In this document: positions 1 through 9,354 of the stretch, one piece after another
How positions within the stretch are numbered: the first letter of the stretch is position 1
Layout: the number at the start of each line of letters is the position of its first letter
DNA from: Bacillota bacterium
GTDB lineage: Bacteria > Bacillota > Clostridia > Peptostreptococcales > Anaerovoracaceae
Length of the DNA: 43,236 nucleotides
Assembly: GCA_017437565.1 (NCBI GenBank)
Contig: JAFRYQ010000060.1
Location: 1-43,236 of the forward strand
Direction: 5' to 3'
Made by a program: the position numbers and the translations under genes
Notes under the pieces: generated by a model
The model's input: the letters and a program-made list of their open reading frames with translations, nothing else
Told to the model about the DNA's origin: nothing
Databases searched by the model: none

Positions 1-3000
1 ATCGCTATACGTCCGATAGGTGATCGCGGTCAGGTTCGGCAGCGGATCGATCGGCCGGGTCTCAATATGGGATGGATCATTTTTACAATAGCGCGTTTCC
101 ACGCCGGCGATGCCCGGCTGCGGCGAGACCGTGACCTGCCATTCGCCCCAGTCGTGTCCCGTTGCCGAAACTTCAATGTGTTCTGTCGAGACGATCGCGT
201 CGCACACCTTACAGCGGACGACCTTATCATAACCGCCCGGCTCGATACAGGTAGCCGGCACTTCGTTTTCACGGCGCTCAGGTCCCGGCGTATGCCCGGT
301 CTTATCGATCACATAGGTATCCGTCGCCCCGCATATCGCGCATTCAAACTCCCGGACGCCATCCTCCGTGCAGGTACACGGCACGACCCGGCCGTTGGTC
401 CAGGTATGGCCGATCTCACTGACGCGGTAGAGTTCAAAGGTGACCGCCGCCGGCGGATTATCCTCGTTTTCCCACGTCTTATTGACCGTCAGCGACATTT
501 CCGCCCCCTCATTCAGGATCGGGAAGCGATAGGAAATAGACTTGCCGCCGGAAAGGAAGGAGCCATCGTTGACCACCACGGTCTGGCCTTCTTCTTCGCC
601 CTTGGCGATGACCATCACCGGCTGTCCGTCGACGACGATCCGGGCCCCCTGATCCCAGTTAAAGGGGTAATCCTTCGCGTTGATGACCTCGCCGGCCAGG
701 TCCGTAAAGATGCCGCTTTGATCGGGCTGGACCTCTACCGTCCAGATCGTATTGACTTTCTGATAGTGCGCGGGCGCTGCCGCCTCGACCAGATAATAGG
801 TCTCGCCGGCTTTCAGGATGAGGACGTCTTCGTCATCGCTTTCCAGATGGGCGATACCGTCCGGTCCGGATACCGCCGAAGCGACTTCCACGTATTTCCC
901 GGTCAGCCCGGTAATCGCCACGCCGTTCTGCTCATCCTTCTGATACAGCTTAAAGGTCGCCCCGGCGAGGCCTTCCTCGGCTTCGTTCGTTTTCAGGACG
1001 TCCAGGGTCTTCTTATAGACGTTGATAATATGGTTGTTGGTGCTGGTTTCGCGACCGGCTGCGTGGCCCTGGTACATGGCTCCGTAGGAACCGGTGCCGA
1101 ACTCATAATGGCCATGACCGCCTTGGCCGGGTGGCAAGACGTTGTTATAGTCCGGATTATACTGGACCGTAAGCACGTATTTTTCAACCGGTGTATCGCC
1201 CTCATTCACCACCGTCGTCGCGTGCGGCGAGTGGTTGACCAGATCCCGTTCTTCCCCGGTCAGGATCTCTTTCGTCAGCTTGATGATAAGATTGCTGTCG
1301 TCGCCCTCGGTCCCGTATGGATGATAGGGCACGACCACGCCCTCCGGCTTCTCAATATCGGTCAGGAAGGCCTTCCAGTTCAACTCGCCGGCCTGGATGT
1401 ATTTCGCGGCCAGGGTCGGATCCGCCTGGATCGCTTTCAGGATCTCCGCGGAAAGCGGGATGGTCTTAGCCGTGCCGACGGCGTTCTCTTCCCGGTTGTC
1501 AGTGATACTGTTGGGCAGCAGCGGGTAATGCAGAGTCCCGTCCTCATTCACTACTTCGGTGAGGGCGACGTCCTCATACAGTTTTTTCAGCTGCGCTTCC
1601 GGATCGACTTCCGTTCCCAGATAGACGGTCCATTCCGTGGACTCGTTCGAGAAGAGAAGCTCATTCACGTTGACACGCGGCGAGGAGAAATCCACTTCCA
1701 GGGATTTCAGATTGTCGTGGAGCGGAGAATCCTCAAAGGTATACTCTTTATCGTCCATCTTGTAACCGGTGGCAGTGACCGAGGCGTTGTCATTGGTCTT
1801 CACCGCGTTGCCGCCGATCAGGTCCTCCTTGGCCTTTACGTAGATCGTGCCGTGCCAGCCGGTCGCGGGATCGATCGCCTGCTTGTCCCATTTGATCGTC
1901 ACGCCGTCCGGCTGCACGATGCCGGCCGCCTGTACCGGATCGGTGGTCAGACGTCCTTCGATATCGATCCGGTCGCCGGGCTTCAGCGGCAGGCCGGTGG
2001 CCTTATCCACAGCGTAGAACGCCTCATTCACTGTATCGGTCACGTCCGCGTAAACGATCGCGTCATCCATGATGGTATCGGTGATCTGGCGGAGGATATT
2101 CGGCAGGTCGCTGGCGCTTTCGGCCATATAGAACATCTTATTGCCATTCTTATCGTTATCGGCGATATCATAGAGGAGCTTCTTGCCGCTGGGGACTTTA
2201 TCCAAACTTAAACCGACGGTGATGACCTTCACGTCGTCGTTCGTACCGGCGATGCCGTCCTTCCCCTTTTTCAATTCGGTCGCTGCGTCCCGTGCTGCTT
2301 GAATAATCTGATCAGGGTCTAGGGTTTCTCCGGTCCTTTTTCCCTGCGGGGCACCGTCGGTGATGAGGATCACGTAACGGTCGTCGCCGGACCAGCTGAA
2401 ATCCTGCGCGTCATTAAACGCCTGGTCGGGACGGGTGCCGCCGCCATGGGAATTGGAAAGATCGATGGTTATTTTCTGCACCGGCTGGAAATCATGGCCC
2501 TGCGCGCCCAGCTCTTTATTAAAGGTGTTGTAGGCGATGCGGATATCCGGGCTCTCATCCCCGGCTACTTCCAGGATCCCTTTGATCGTCTCCAGATCGT
2601 CCGTAGCCCCGGTGAAGCTCTGGTTCAGATAATAGAAACGGTTCCGGCCCTCGTCGCCGGCGTCGTAGATGGTATATCTGGTATCGTTATCATCGCCGGC
2701 ATTAAAGGGATGGGTCTTATCGGAAACGCCACTGGTCCAGTTGGTTTCAAACGCCTGCCCGATGATGAAAGACTTCTCGCTTTCCGTTGTCCGGGAAGCG
2801 TCCTGGGCCTTCCAGTTGCCGTCCTGATAGTAGACTTTAAAGACGGTCGCCGTGCCGGCCTGGTCCGCGATCAGATAATAGGGATCATTCCAGTTACGGG
2901 TTGTATCGAGCCAACTTTTGTTGTCCCCCCACCAGCCGCTGTTATTGATCTGATAGATTGGGATCGGATTGGTGTTATTGTCATAGAACGTGTCCGCCTC

Positions 3001-5760
3001 GACCAGCTTGGAGGGGAAGTACATGGAGTTGGATACGTCCATACAGAAGGCCATATCCACGTCTCCCTTAAACGTACGGAAATTCGCCTCGGACGCGATG
3101 TCGACCCGGTAGATGCGGTTCTCGTAATCGTATACTTCGGCGGTCTTGACGGTCTGCTCTTCATCCAGCGGCACGTGTTTTTCCTGAAGCCCGTCCAGCC
3201 AGTCGGTCATATCCGCGAAGCTGGAAGCCTCTTTCTCGCTGTCCGGAACGATATAGTCCGGATTCTGCCGGAAGTAGGCGACGAGCCGGCTGCCGTTAAA
3301 GGGGATCGGCAGGGAATCAGCGCTGATCGTGGCCGGATACTGATCCCGGTCTAAAGGAACGCCGTCCTGCGTCCAGTGATCAAAGATCCATTTATTGGTG
3401 TGGTTCACGTCCTGATGGTTGACCGGCGTCGCGGTGATCGTGCCGGCATTCATCTTCGCGGACGTGGACTCCGCCTCATAATAGTGCGTGGTCACCCCGT
3501 CCTGGGTCTCCGTCCGCGCCGTACCGCCAGCGATCGTCACCGTTCCCCGCTCTTCATCGGCGGAACGGGCCGTATAGGAATAGGTCGGCAGCGTATCCAT
3601 CTCGTAGATATGGACCGTTACGCCCTCGAAAGGATCGCCCTCCGTCGACTGCCTGGCCAGGAAAGCGCCGTCCGCGAAATCCAGCTTCACGTCGTTATAG
3701 CCAATCAGCTTAAAACCGCCGCCTTCCACCGGAACGACCGCCACGTTATTATTGCTCCGCTGCACCAGGAGTTCGCCTTCCGCGTTCAACGCGATGGTCT
3801 TCGTCTTATTGTCGATCGGTCGGATGAGGTAATAGATATAGGTCAGCGTTTCATCCAGATGCTTTTCCTCGAACACGTAGTTAAAGGTCCAGCAATAGGT
3901 GCTGTTCAGATTCTCAAAATTGTCCGGCGTGTGGCTGCTGTCGACAGACCCGTCGTTTTTCAGCAGGTAATACTGTCCGTCCACTTCGTAGCAGATCAGA
4001 TAGCTCTTATTCACGTCGATGGTCTCGGCGGAAGAATCCGGAATCTCTTGCGCGTCGGTGACCTGCACGGTCACCACGTCCCCGTTCGTCAGGGTCAGGG
4101 TCAGGCTCTCCGCGCTGTCAAAGGCCTGCAAACTGATGAGCGCCCAGTCGCCGGCCGCGATGGGTTCGGCGTCGATGGCGGCGCGCTCTTCTTCTGTCAG
4201 CTCCGCGCTGTAGGCGCAGGACAGGTCGGAAGCAGCTTTGATGGCGCCGCAGGTGGTGTCTTCCGCCACGCGGGTAACGTATAGGTATTCCGGCGCGCTG
4301 AAGGAGACATCCGCCACTTCGGCCACGCCGAAATCGAGCTCCAGCGCCGCGATAAGATCGGAGAGGCGCAGGAATCCGCCGCCTTCCAGGCTGTAATCAA
4401 AGCTCTTCCCGCTCGCTTCATAGTGGAAGTCGACGGTATAGACGATACCGTAGACGGAAAAATCAGCGGCTTTGAAGAGGATCTCGTCCGGCGCCGCATC
4501 GGCCGGGACTTCCTGCTTCACGATATCCGTTTCGCCCTCGTCGTCCAGATGAACGACGATCGCGCTGCGCTCTTCCGGATCCGCCGGCGGCACGTCCAGT
4601 CCGGCGAAACGCACGCGGATCGGCTTCCGCGGTTCGATCTCGTTTCCTTCCGCGTCCCGGAACGTGATATCAAAGGCTGCCGCCCGCGCGATCTCGTCCC
4701 GCGCCTGCGGGGCCCGCTCCGCGGCTTCGCGGATCTCCGTGAGGATTTCCTCATCCCGGATCTCTTCTACGGTCATGACCGTGCCCGCCGGGAAGGTATC
4801 GGCTTCCGCTTCCACGTAAACGGAGACTTTCCGGTTGTCATTCCCGGTCGTTTCTTCCTCTCCGGCTGCCGCCAGCTCGGCCGCCTTTTTCGCGGCTTTC
4901 CGATAAGCCTTCTGGGCTGCGGCTTCTTCCGCCTTCTCGGCAGCCGTCAGTTCTTCACCGGCCGCTTCCGCGCGCTGATCCTTCATTTCGACACGGAAAG
5001 CCATCGCCGGCATCGCTACGGTCTCTTCCTGCTGGTCGTCCGGCTTTTCTTCTTTCAGCTTTTCTTCTTCCGGCTTTTCCCCCGCTTCTGCTTCGCTCTT
5101 ATCCGCGGGTTCTTCGGCCTTGTCTTCCGGATTTTCCGGTTCTCCGGCATCGCCTTGGTCTTCCGCTGCCGCCGGGTCCCCGGTTTCCGCTACTTCTTCC
5201 GCTTCTCCCGGCTCTTCCGGATCTGCTATTTCCTCTGCTTCCTCCGGATCTGCGGGTTCTTCCGAATCCTCCGCTTCCCCGGTATCGATCGGTTCCTCCG
5301 GTTCCGCGGGCTCTTCCTCCCCGTCTGTCGGCTCCTGCGGCCCGGCCGGTTCTTGCTGCTCGTCGGTGTCTTCCGGATCCACCGGATCTTGTGGCCCCGC
5401 AGGCGCATCCGTATCGGCCGGCTCTTCTCCGCCTGCCTGATCCTCCGGATCCGCCGCTTCTTCCGTGTCTTCCGCGACCACCGGCTCTGCTCCGTCGACC
5501 GGTGTTTCCGTTTCCGTCGTTTCTGCCGGCAGTCCGGCTTCATCGCCGGTTTCCGGTTCCGCCGGAACCTCCGCCACCGCTTCGGTTAAAGCCAGGCCCG
5601 GCTCCTCCTCTGCCGTCTGCTGATCGATGGTGATCGCCGGCAGTACCAACGCATAGGTCGTTACAAATACAACAACCCCGGCCAGTATGCTGACCAGGGT
5701 CCTTCTGATTCTGATTCTATCCCTGTATTTCCGCTTATGTGCGCCCATATTCCCCGTCAT
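1..5760 (-). CDS. Large surface adhesin / pilus-tip-like protein (vWA + SpaA-like + CnaB-type domains), 3'-truncated by the window edge
   Basis: Absent from the ORF track (no stop in window). Segments read manually in one minus frame: N-term MTGNMGAHKRKYRDRIRIRRTLVSILAGVVVFVTTYALVLPAIT (start 5760 or 5748), acidic E/A/P stalk, vWA MIDAS MAFCMDVSNSM (~3020-3055), RYVILITDGAP (~2350-2380), SpaA-like LAGATFKLYQ...YYLVEAAAPAHY (~765-970), CnaB-like KTWENEDNPPAAVTFELYR (~425-480). The four long + strand ORFs here share one antisense register, consistent with one continuous gene. Confidence 0.88.
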   Translation of the reverse strand, partial: MTGNMGAHKRKYRDRIRIRRTLVSILAGVVVFVTTYALVLPAITIDQQTAEEEPGLALTEAVAEVPAEPETGDEAGLPAETTETETPVDGAEPVVAEDTEEAADPEDQAGGEEPADTDAPAGPQDPVDPEDTDEQQEPAGPQEPTDGEEEPAEPEEPIDTGEAEDSEEPADPEEAEEIADPEEPGEAEEVAETGDPAAAEDQGDAGEPENPEDKAEEPADKSEAEAGEKPEEEKLKEEKPDDQQEETVAMPAMAFRVEMKDQRAEAAGEELTAAEKAEEAAAQKAYRKAAKKAAELAAAGEEETTGNDNRKVSVYVEAEADTFPAGTVMTVEEIRDEEILTEIREAAERAPQARDEIARAAAFDITFRDAEGNEIEPRKPIRVRFAGLDVPPADPEERSAIVVHLDDEGETDIVKQEVPADAAPDEILFKAADFSVYGIVYTVDFHYEASGKSFDYSLEGGGFLRLSDLIAALELDFGVAEVADVSFSAPEYLYVTRVAEDTTCGAIKAASDLSCAYSAELTEEERAAIDAEPIAAGDWALISLQAFDSAESLTLTLTNGDVVTVQVTDAQEIPDSSAETIDVNKSYLICYEVDGQYYLLKNDGSVDSSHTPDNFENLNSTYCWTFNYVFEEKHLDETLTYIYYLIRPIDNKTKTIALNAEGELLVQRSNNNVAVVPVEGGGFKLIGYNDVKLDFADGAFLARQSTEGDPFEGVTVHIYEMDTLPTYSYTARSADEERGTVTIAGGTARTETQDGVTTHYYEAESTSAKMNAGTITATPVNHQDVNHTNKWIFDHWTQDGVPLDRDQYPATISADSLPIPFNGSRLVAYFRQNPDYIVPDSEKEASSFADMTDWLDGLQEKHVPLDEEQTVKTAEVYDYENRIYRVDIASEANFRTFKGDVDMAFCMDVSNSMYFPSKLVEADTFYDNNTNPIPIYQINNSGWWGDNKSWLDTTRNWNDPYYLIADQAGTATVFKVYYQDGNWKAQDASRTTESEKSFIIGQAFETNWTSGVSDKTHPFNAGDDNDTRYTIYDAGDEGRNRFYYLNQSFTGATDDLETIKGILEVAGDESPDIRIAYNTFNKELGAQGHDFQPVQKITIDLSNSHGGGTRPDQAFNDAQDFSWSGDDRYVILITDGAPQGKRTGETLDPDQIIQAARDAATELKKGKDGIAGTNDDVKVITVGLSLDKVPSGKKLLYDIADNDKNGNKMFYMAESASDLPNILRQITDTIMDDAIVYADVTDTVNEAFYAVDKATGLPLKPGDRIDIEGRLTTDPVQAAGIVQPDGVTIKWDKQAIDPATGWHGTIYVKAKEDLIGGNAVKTNDNASVTATGYKMDDKEYTFEDSPLHDNLKSLEVDFSSPRVNVNELLFSNESTEWTVYLGTEVDPEAQLKKLYEDVALTEVVNEDGTLHYPLLPNSITDNREENAVGTAKTIPLSAEILKAIQADPTLAAKYIQAGELNWKAFLTDIEKPEGVVVPYHPYGTEGDDSNLIIKLTKEILTGEERDLVNHSPHATTVVNEGDTPVEKYVLTVQYNPDYNNVLPPGQGGHGHYEFGTGSYGAMYQGHAAGRETSTNNHIINVYKKTLDVLKTNEAEEGLAGATFKLYQKDEQNGVAITGLTGKYVEVASAVSGPDGIAHLESDDEDVLILKAGETYYLVEAAAPAHYQKVNTIWTVEVQPDQSGIFTDLAGEVINAKDYPFNWDQGARIVVDGQPVMVIAKGEEEGQTVVVNDGSFLSGGKSISYRFPILNEGAEMSLTVNKTWENEDNPPAAVTFELYRVSEIGHTWTNGRVVPCTCTEDGVREFECAICGATDTYVIDKTGHTPGPERRENEVPATCIEPGGYDKVVRCKVCDAIVSTEHIEVSATGHDWGEWQVTVSPQPGIAGVETRYCKNDPSHIETRPIDPLPNLTAITYRTYSD

Positions 5761-5888
5761 CCTGTTGCCGGTAGCCCTGTCCCCAAGTTGCCCGTTTCCG
5801 CCAATTCCAAGCCAAAAGCACCGTAAGGTTCCCCTCCGATGCGCGTCTAGTCCATGATAAGCTCTATTTAAAGTCTCAATTTGGAATT

Positions 5889-5917
5889 ATTTTACTCCAT
5901 TTTTTGTCTTTTCGCAA
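5889..5917 (-). promoter_or_regulatory. Sigma-A-type promoter for the adhesin gene
   Basis: TTGCGA-17 nt-TAAAAT on the minus strand, ~130 nt upstream of the start. Confidence 0.6.
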
Positions 5918-6046
5918 TTCTTCCAAGCCCGCTTCCGCGCAAAATAGCCCTTTCCGGACTGCCAAGCCGCGATTCCAAAGGCAAAAACCGCAAGATAAGG
6001 CGGTTCCCATTCCTGTTTAATTACATATCTTGCGCTGCCCGCAGAT

Positions 6047-6089
6047 AAAAAACCCGGACCGTTTCGCGGGTTGCGGGAACGGTCCGGGT
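6047..6089 (-). terminator. Rho-independent terminator after the CWB2 gene
   Basis: Stem cccggaccgtt/aacggtccggg followed by a T run on the minus strand. Confidence 0.8.
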
Positions 6090-6123
6090 CTGAACGCTGC
6101 TTATTAACGCTTTGATCCCGTAT

Positions 6124-8445
6124 TTAGTTCACCAGGATCGTCTTCACGGTGAGGTCTTCCACCAGCGTCGGCCCGCCGAGGATATAGGCTTTCTTGACGC
6201 CGTAGATCCGGGCATAAGTCTTCACCGGGTAGAAATCGCTGCGGTTGTTATTCACGAGGAGCAGCGGCGCGCCCAGTTTGATGGCTAGCGGTCCGCCGGC
6301 AAGCGCGTCCGGGAAGCTCTCCGCGGAAGCGAAGACCGCCGTCTGCGGATTCTTGAAGTATTTGATCGCTACTTCCGCCGACATCCGGTATTTCGTCGTA
6401 GCCGAGATGCGTTCCACGTTCTTGGTCCCGACGATCTTCTTCAGTTCGGTCTCGATCGCTTTCGGCACCGACGCGGTATTGCCGATGACGGTGATCTTGG
6501 TCATCTTATTCTTGGTGAGGTAAGCGGCCTGCTCTTTCGTGAGCCCGCCCGCCGCGACGATCATCATCGGCCGGCCGGTGGCGGAGGCGATCAAAGCATC
6601 CGGGAAGTCGGCTCCGGTGCAGACCAGCAGTTCCTGGTTCTTGACCGCGGCAGCTTCCAGGATCTTCAGGTTGGTGCCGTAGCGGTTGGCCGCGCCGAGA
6701 CGGACGACCTTAAACCCGGACAGTTTCTTGACGAATTCCGGACGGATGGAACCTTCCCCGCCGAGCAGGTAGACGGTGCCGCCGGATTTCAGGTTGGCCT
6801 TAATGTATTTAACGGTCTGGTCCTCATGGACCGGAGCCGTCGAAGTCATGATCAGCGGAGCTTTCTTGACTTTCGCGAGATAAGCGCCGGTCAGCGCGTC
6901 CGGATAGTTCGTGCCGTTGGCGACCAGGATCGCGTCGTAACGGCTGACGCCCATCATCTTCTTCAGCGTGGTGCTGATCTTTTCCGCGGTCTCATACCGG
7001 TTCGCGCCGTAGATGCGCGTCAGGGTGCCCGCCGGCAGGTTGACGATCTTGAAGGTCTTCTTGATGGAGCCGGCGTATTCGCCCTTCCCGGTGAGGGTAA
7101 TGGTCGCGGTACCCGCTTTCACGTTATTGGCATATTTCACCGTGTAGTCGCGGCCTTCCCGCAGGCTCTTGCCAAGCGCGCTGACGTAGAGGTCCTGTGT
7201 GACGGCTTTGCCGGTGTAAGGCTTATTCTCGATCCCGTCTACGCCGACCGTCGACGCGTCAAAGACGATCTTGGTGTTGACGGAGAAATTATAGCTGCCA
7301 TAACCGCTCGCGCCCCGGATCTTGACATAATAAGTACCGGCATTCAGGGTGATCTTTCCGCGTACGAATTTATCCTTCGCGTCGACGATATAGCCGCCGG
7401 TGTCGGAATGGTACGTATCGTAAAGCAAGGTCTTGCCATCGCTCTTCAGGATAATCGAGTGGAAGCTCGTATACTCCCCGGTACGGGAGCCGGCTACATA
7501 GAGAGCTGTCTGTTTGGAAAGTACCAGTTTATAGAAGTCCTCGTCATTGCTATCGGCAATACTTCCGTAATACTTCTTATTCAGCGAAATCGGCAGTGCT
7601 GTTTTCACATTCGCGTTCGGTTCCCGCTCCCAGTCGGTCGCCGCTTTAAAGTTCATGGTGAAATTATAAGTCGTCCCCGTAGCACCATCGATCTGCATGT
7701 AATAGGTGCCGGCAGGTAAGCCAAGCGGCGCCAAAGCCTGTGATTTCGTCTTGGGGCTGACGTAGGAATAAAGCAGCTGGGTCTTTTTATCCTTACCGAA
7801 AATTTTAACGTAGGAAGACAGATCCGTTGCCTGATGCGCGAAATTCGCCGTTATATAGCCCGGCTGTTTGACCACGATCTTAAAGAAGTCATGATCGCTG
7901 TACAAGCCGATGCTGCCATAGGTCTTACTCCCGAAGGTGACCGGATTGCCCGTTTCCATCGTATCGTTTCCCTCACGCTCCCAGTTGTTGGCTGCCGTGA
8001 ACGTGGCTTTTACCGTATACGCGGTGTTTTCTTTATCCGAGCAGTAAACGTGCACGTAATAAGTACCCTTCCCGATGCCGACTTTCGGAGACGCCAGGGA
8101 CTTCTCCTTTTTCAAATACTGGGAAAAGAGCTGCTGCTTCTGGTCGCTGCCGATGATCTCCACCTTGAACCCGTAGTCGGTCGTTGCACTGCGCGTAAAA
8201 TTGACGCTGATCCAACCGGGCTGCGATGTCGTGATCTTATACCAGTCGTCGTCGCTATACTTCCCGTCCTGCTTGCCACTGTACACCGTGTTGACTTTCA
8301 TCGCATTTGCCGTAGCCGCGGTGTTGTTTTGCTCTTTCTCGGTTGCGGTCGCGGCATAGGTGCTGTTAACCGGTAGAGCCGAAAGGACCAGGATCAACGC
8401 CAACGCTAACGTCAGGATCCGGACCGGCTTCCATGTTTTTCTCAT
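6124..8445 (-). CDS. Secreted cell-wall-binding repeat 2 (CWB2) protein with three PPC-like repeats and an Ig-like domain
   Basis: Start moved to ATG 8445 (RBS AGGAGG; signal peptide MRKTWKPVRILTLALALILVLSALP). Three repeats with E.E.N(N/D)...D.D(W/F)(Y/F)K motifs; C-terminal triple CWB2 motifs GANRYETA, YPDAL, FPDAL, FPDALAGGPLA. Confidence 0.88.
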   Translation of the reverse strand: MRKTWKPVRILTLALALILVLSALPVNSTYAATATEKEQNNTAATANAMKVNTVYSGKQDGKYSDDDWYKITTSQPGWISVNFTRSATTDYGFKVEIIGSDQKQQLFSQYLKKEKSLASPKVGIGKGTYYVHVYCSDKENTAYTVKATFTAANNWEREGNDTMETGNPVTFGSKTYGSIGLYSDHDFFKIVVKQPGYITANFAHQATDLSSYVKIFGKDKKTQLLYSYVSPKTKSQALAPLGLPAGTYYMQIDGATGTTYNFTMNFKAATDWEREPNANVKTALPISLNKKYYGSIADSNDEDFYKLVLSKQTALYVAGSRTGEYTSFHSIILKSDGKTLLYDTYHSDTGGYIVDAKDKFVRGKITLNAGTYYVKIRGASGYGSYNFSVNTKIVFDASTVGVDGIENKPYTGKAVTQDLYVSALGKSLREGRDYTVKYANNVKAGTATITLTGKGEYAGSIKKTFKIVNLPAGTLTRIYGANRYETAEKISTTLKKMMGVSRYDAILVANGTNYPDALTGAYLAKVKKAPLIMTSTAPVHEDQTVKYIKANLKSGGTVYLLGGEGSIRPEFVKKLSGFKVVRLGAANRYGTNLKILEAAAVKNQELLVCTGADFPDALIASATGRPMMIVAAGGLTKEQAAYLTKNKMTKITVIGNTASVPKAIETELKKIVGTKNVERISATTKYRMSAEVAIKYFKNPQTAVFASAESFPDALAGGPLAIKLGAPLLLVNNNRSDFYPVKTYARIYGVKKAYILGGPTLVEDLTVKTILVN

Positions 8446-8579
8446 TTTCTTCCGCCTCCTGTAAGAATAGGGTAACGTTCTTCTCTTTATTAGTTTACCC
8501 AATTGGAAGGAAAATTCAATCATTTTCTGTTTCCGTATGGCAATCTGTACAGCAACCCTCCGATTTCCGGCCGGCTCGC

Positions 8580-9296
8580 TCATTCTCCGTGGGAAACACG
8601 GCCGTCCCCGGTGATTGGGATCGGTTCCCCGCCGACAGCCCGGTCATTCCCGGTCTTGATCTGGAAAAAGGCTTTGTCGCGGGCCAAAACCTCGCGCACT
8701 TCGCGAACCAGCTGCCCGAGATATTCCTCCTGATCGGACGCCGTCCCGTAAACGGTAAGCCCCAGCTCCCGTCCCAGGTAGAGCGCCCGGTACTCGTGAT
8801 AAGTCTGGGTCACGACCAGCGCCGTCCGCACCCCGAAGATATCCCGCGCGCGGACCATGGATTCCCGCGTGGAGAACCCGGCGTGATCGCAAAAGACGTC
8901 TTCCGGCGGCACGCCGCGGTCCAGACAGTAATTCAGCATCACGTGGATCTCATTATGCTGGTTGGTCCCGTTGTCGCCGGTCAGAAGAATCTTGGGCGCC
9001 ACGCCGGACCGGTAAAGCATGATGCCGGTTTCAAGCCGGTCGCGCAGCATATCGGTCGGAGTCTCGTCGTCCTTGATCCCGCAGCCCAGGACCAGGATGC
9101 AGTCCGCGTTAAAGCCGGACAGTTCCGCCTGTTCCGCCGCGGGCAGGGTCCCGCCGTAAGCTTTGGCGGAATAGCGGATATCGGCACGCGTACTTTCGAT
9201 CATATAAACGTTCACGCCAAAACCGGTCGCCAGTACGGCGACCAGCAGGAGCGCGCTCAGCGCGATGATTCTCTTTAACCATTTCCAACGTTTCAA
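8580..9296 (-). CDS. SanA/YdcF/ElyC (DUF218) family membrane protein
   Basis: N-terminal TM helix; CILVLGCG, MLRDRL, LLTGDN, DHAGFSTRES, VVTQTYHEYRA motifs. Confidence 0.85.
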   Translation of the reverse strand: MKRWKWLKRIIALSALLLVAVLATGFGVNVYMIESTRADIRYSAKAYGGTLPAAEQAELSGFNADCILVLGCGIKDDETPTDMLRDRLETGIMLYRSGVAPKILLTGDNGTNQHNEIHVMLNYCLDRGVPPEDVFCDHAGFSTRESMVRARDIFGVRTALVVTQTYHEYRALYLGRELGLTVYGTASDQEEYLGQLVREVREVLARDKAFFQIKTGNDRAVGGEPIPITGDGRVSHGE

Positions 9297-9319
9297 ACTG
9301 CAGTTCCTCTTTGTAGTTT

Positions 9320-9348
9320 TTGCAAATCCTGCCGTAATGTGTTATGAT
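9320..9348 (+). promoter_or_regulatory. Sigma-A promoter of aroB (probably leaderless)
   Basis: TTGCAA-17-TATGAT with extended TG, 6 nt upstream of ATG 9355. Confidence 0.65.
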
Positions 9349-9354
9349 TGCAAC

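Noticed and set aside
2003-2011. Canonical DnaA box TTATCCACA
   Set aside because: Single copy in a coding region ~26 kb from oriC; compatible with chance.
67-5589. Long plus-strand ORFs (714, 302, 302, 388 aa)
   Set aside because: Antisense shadows in one register of the minus-strand adhesin; no recognisable motifs.
5761-5888. Possible c-di-GMP riboswitch in the adhesin leader
   Set aside because: Only a small hairpin seen; no class I or II consensus recognised. An Rfam scan would settle it.
8446-8583. Upstream extension of the CWB2 ORF (likewise for aroB, mnmE, rpmH, dnaN, proC)
   Set aside because: Downstream ATGs fit RBS or promoter position and family N-termini better.
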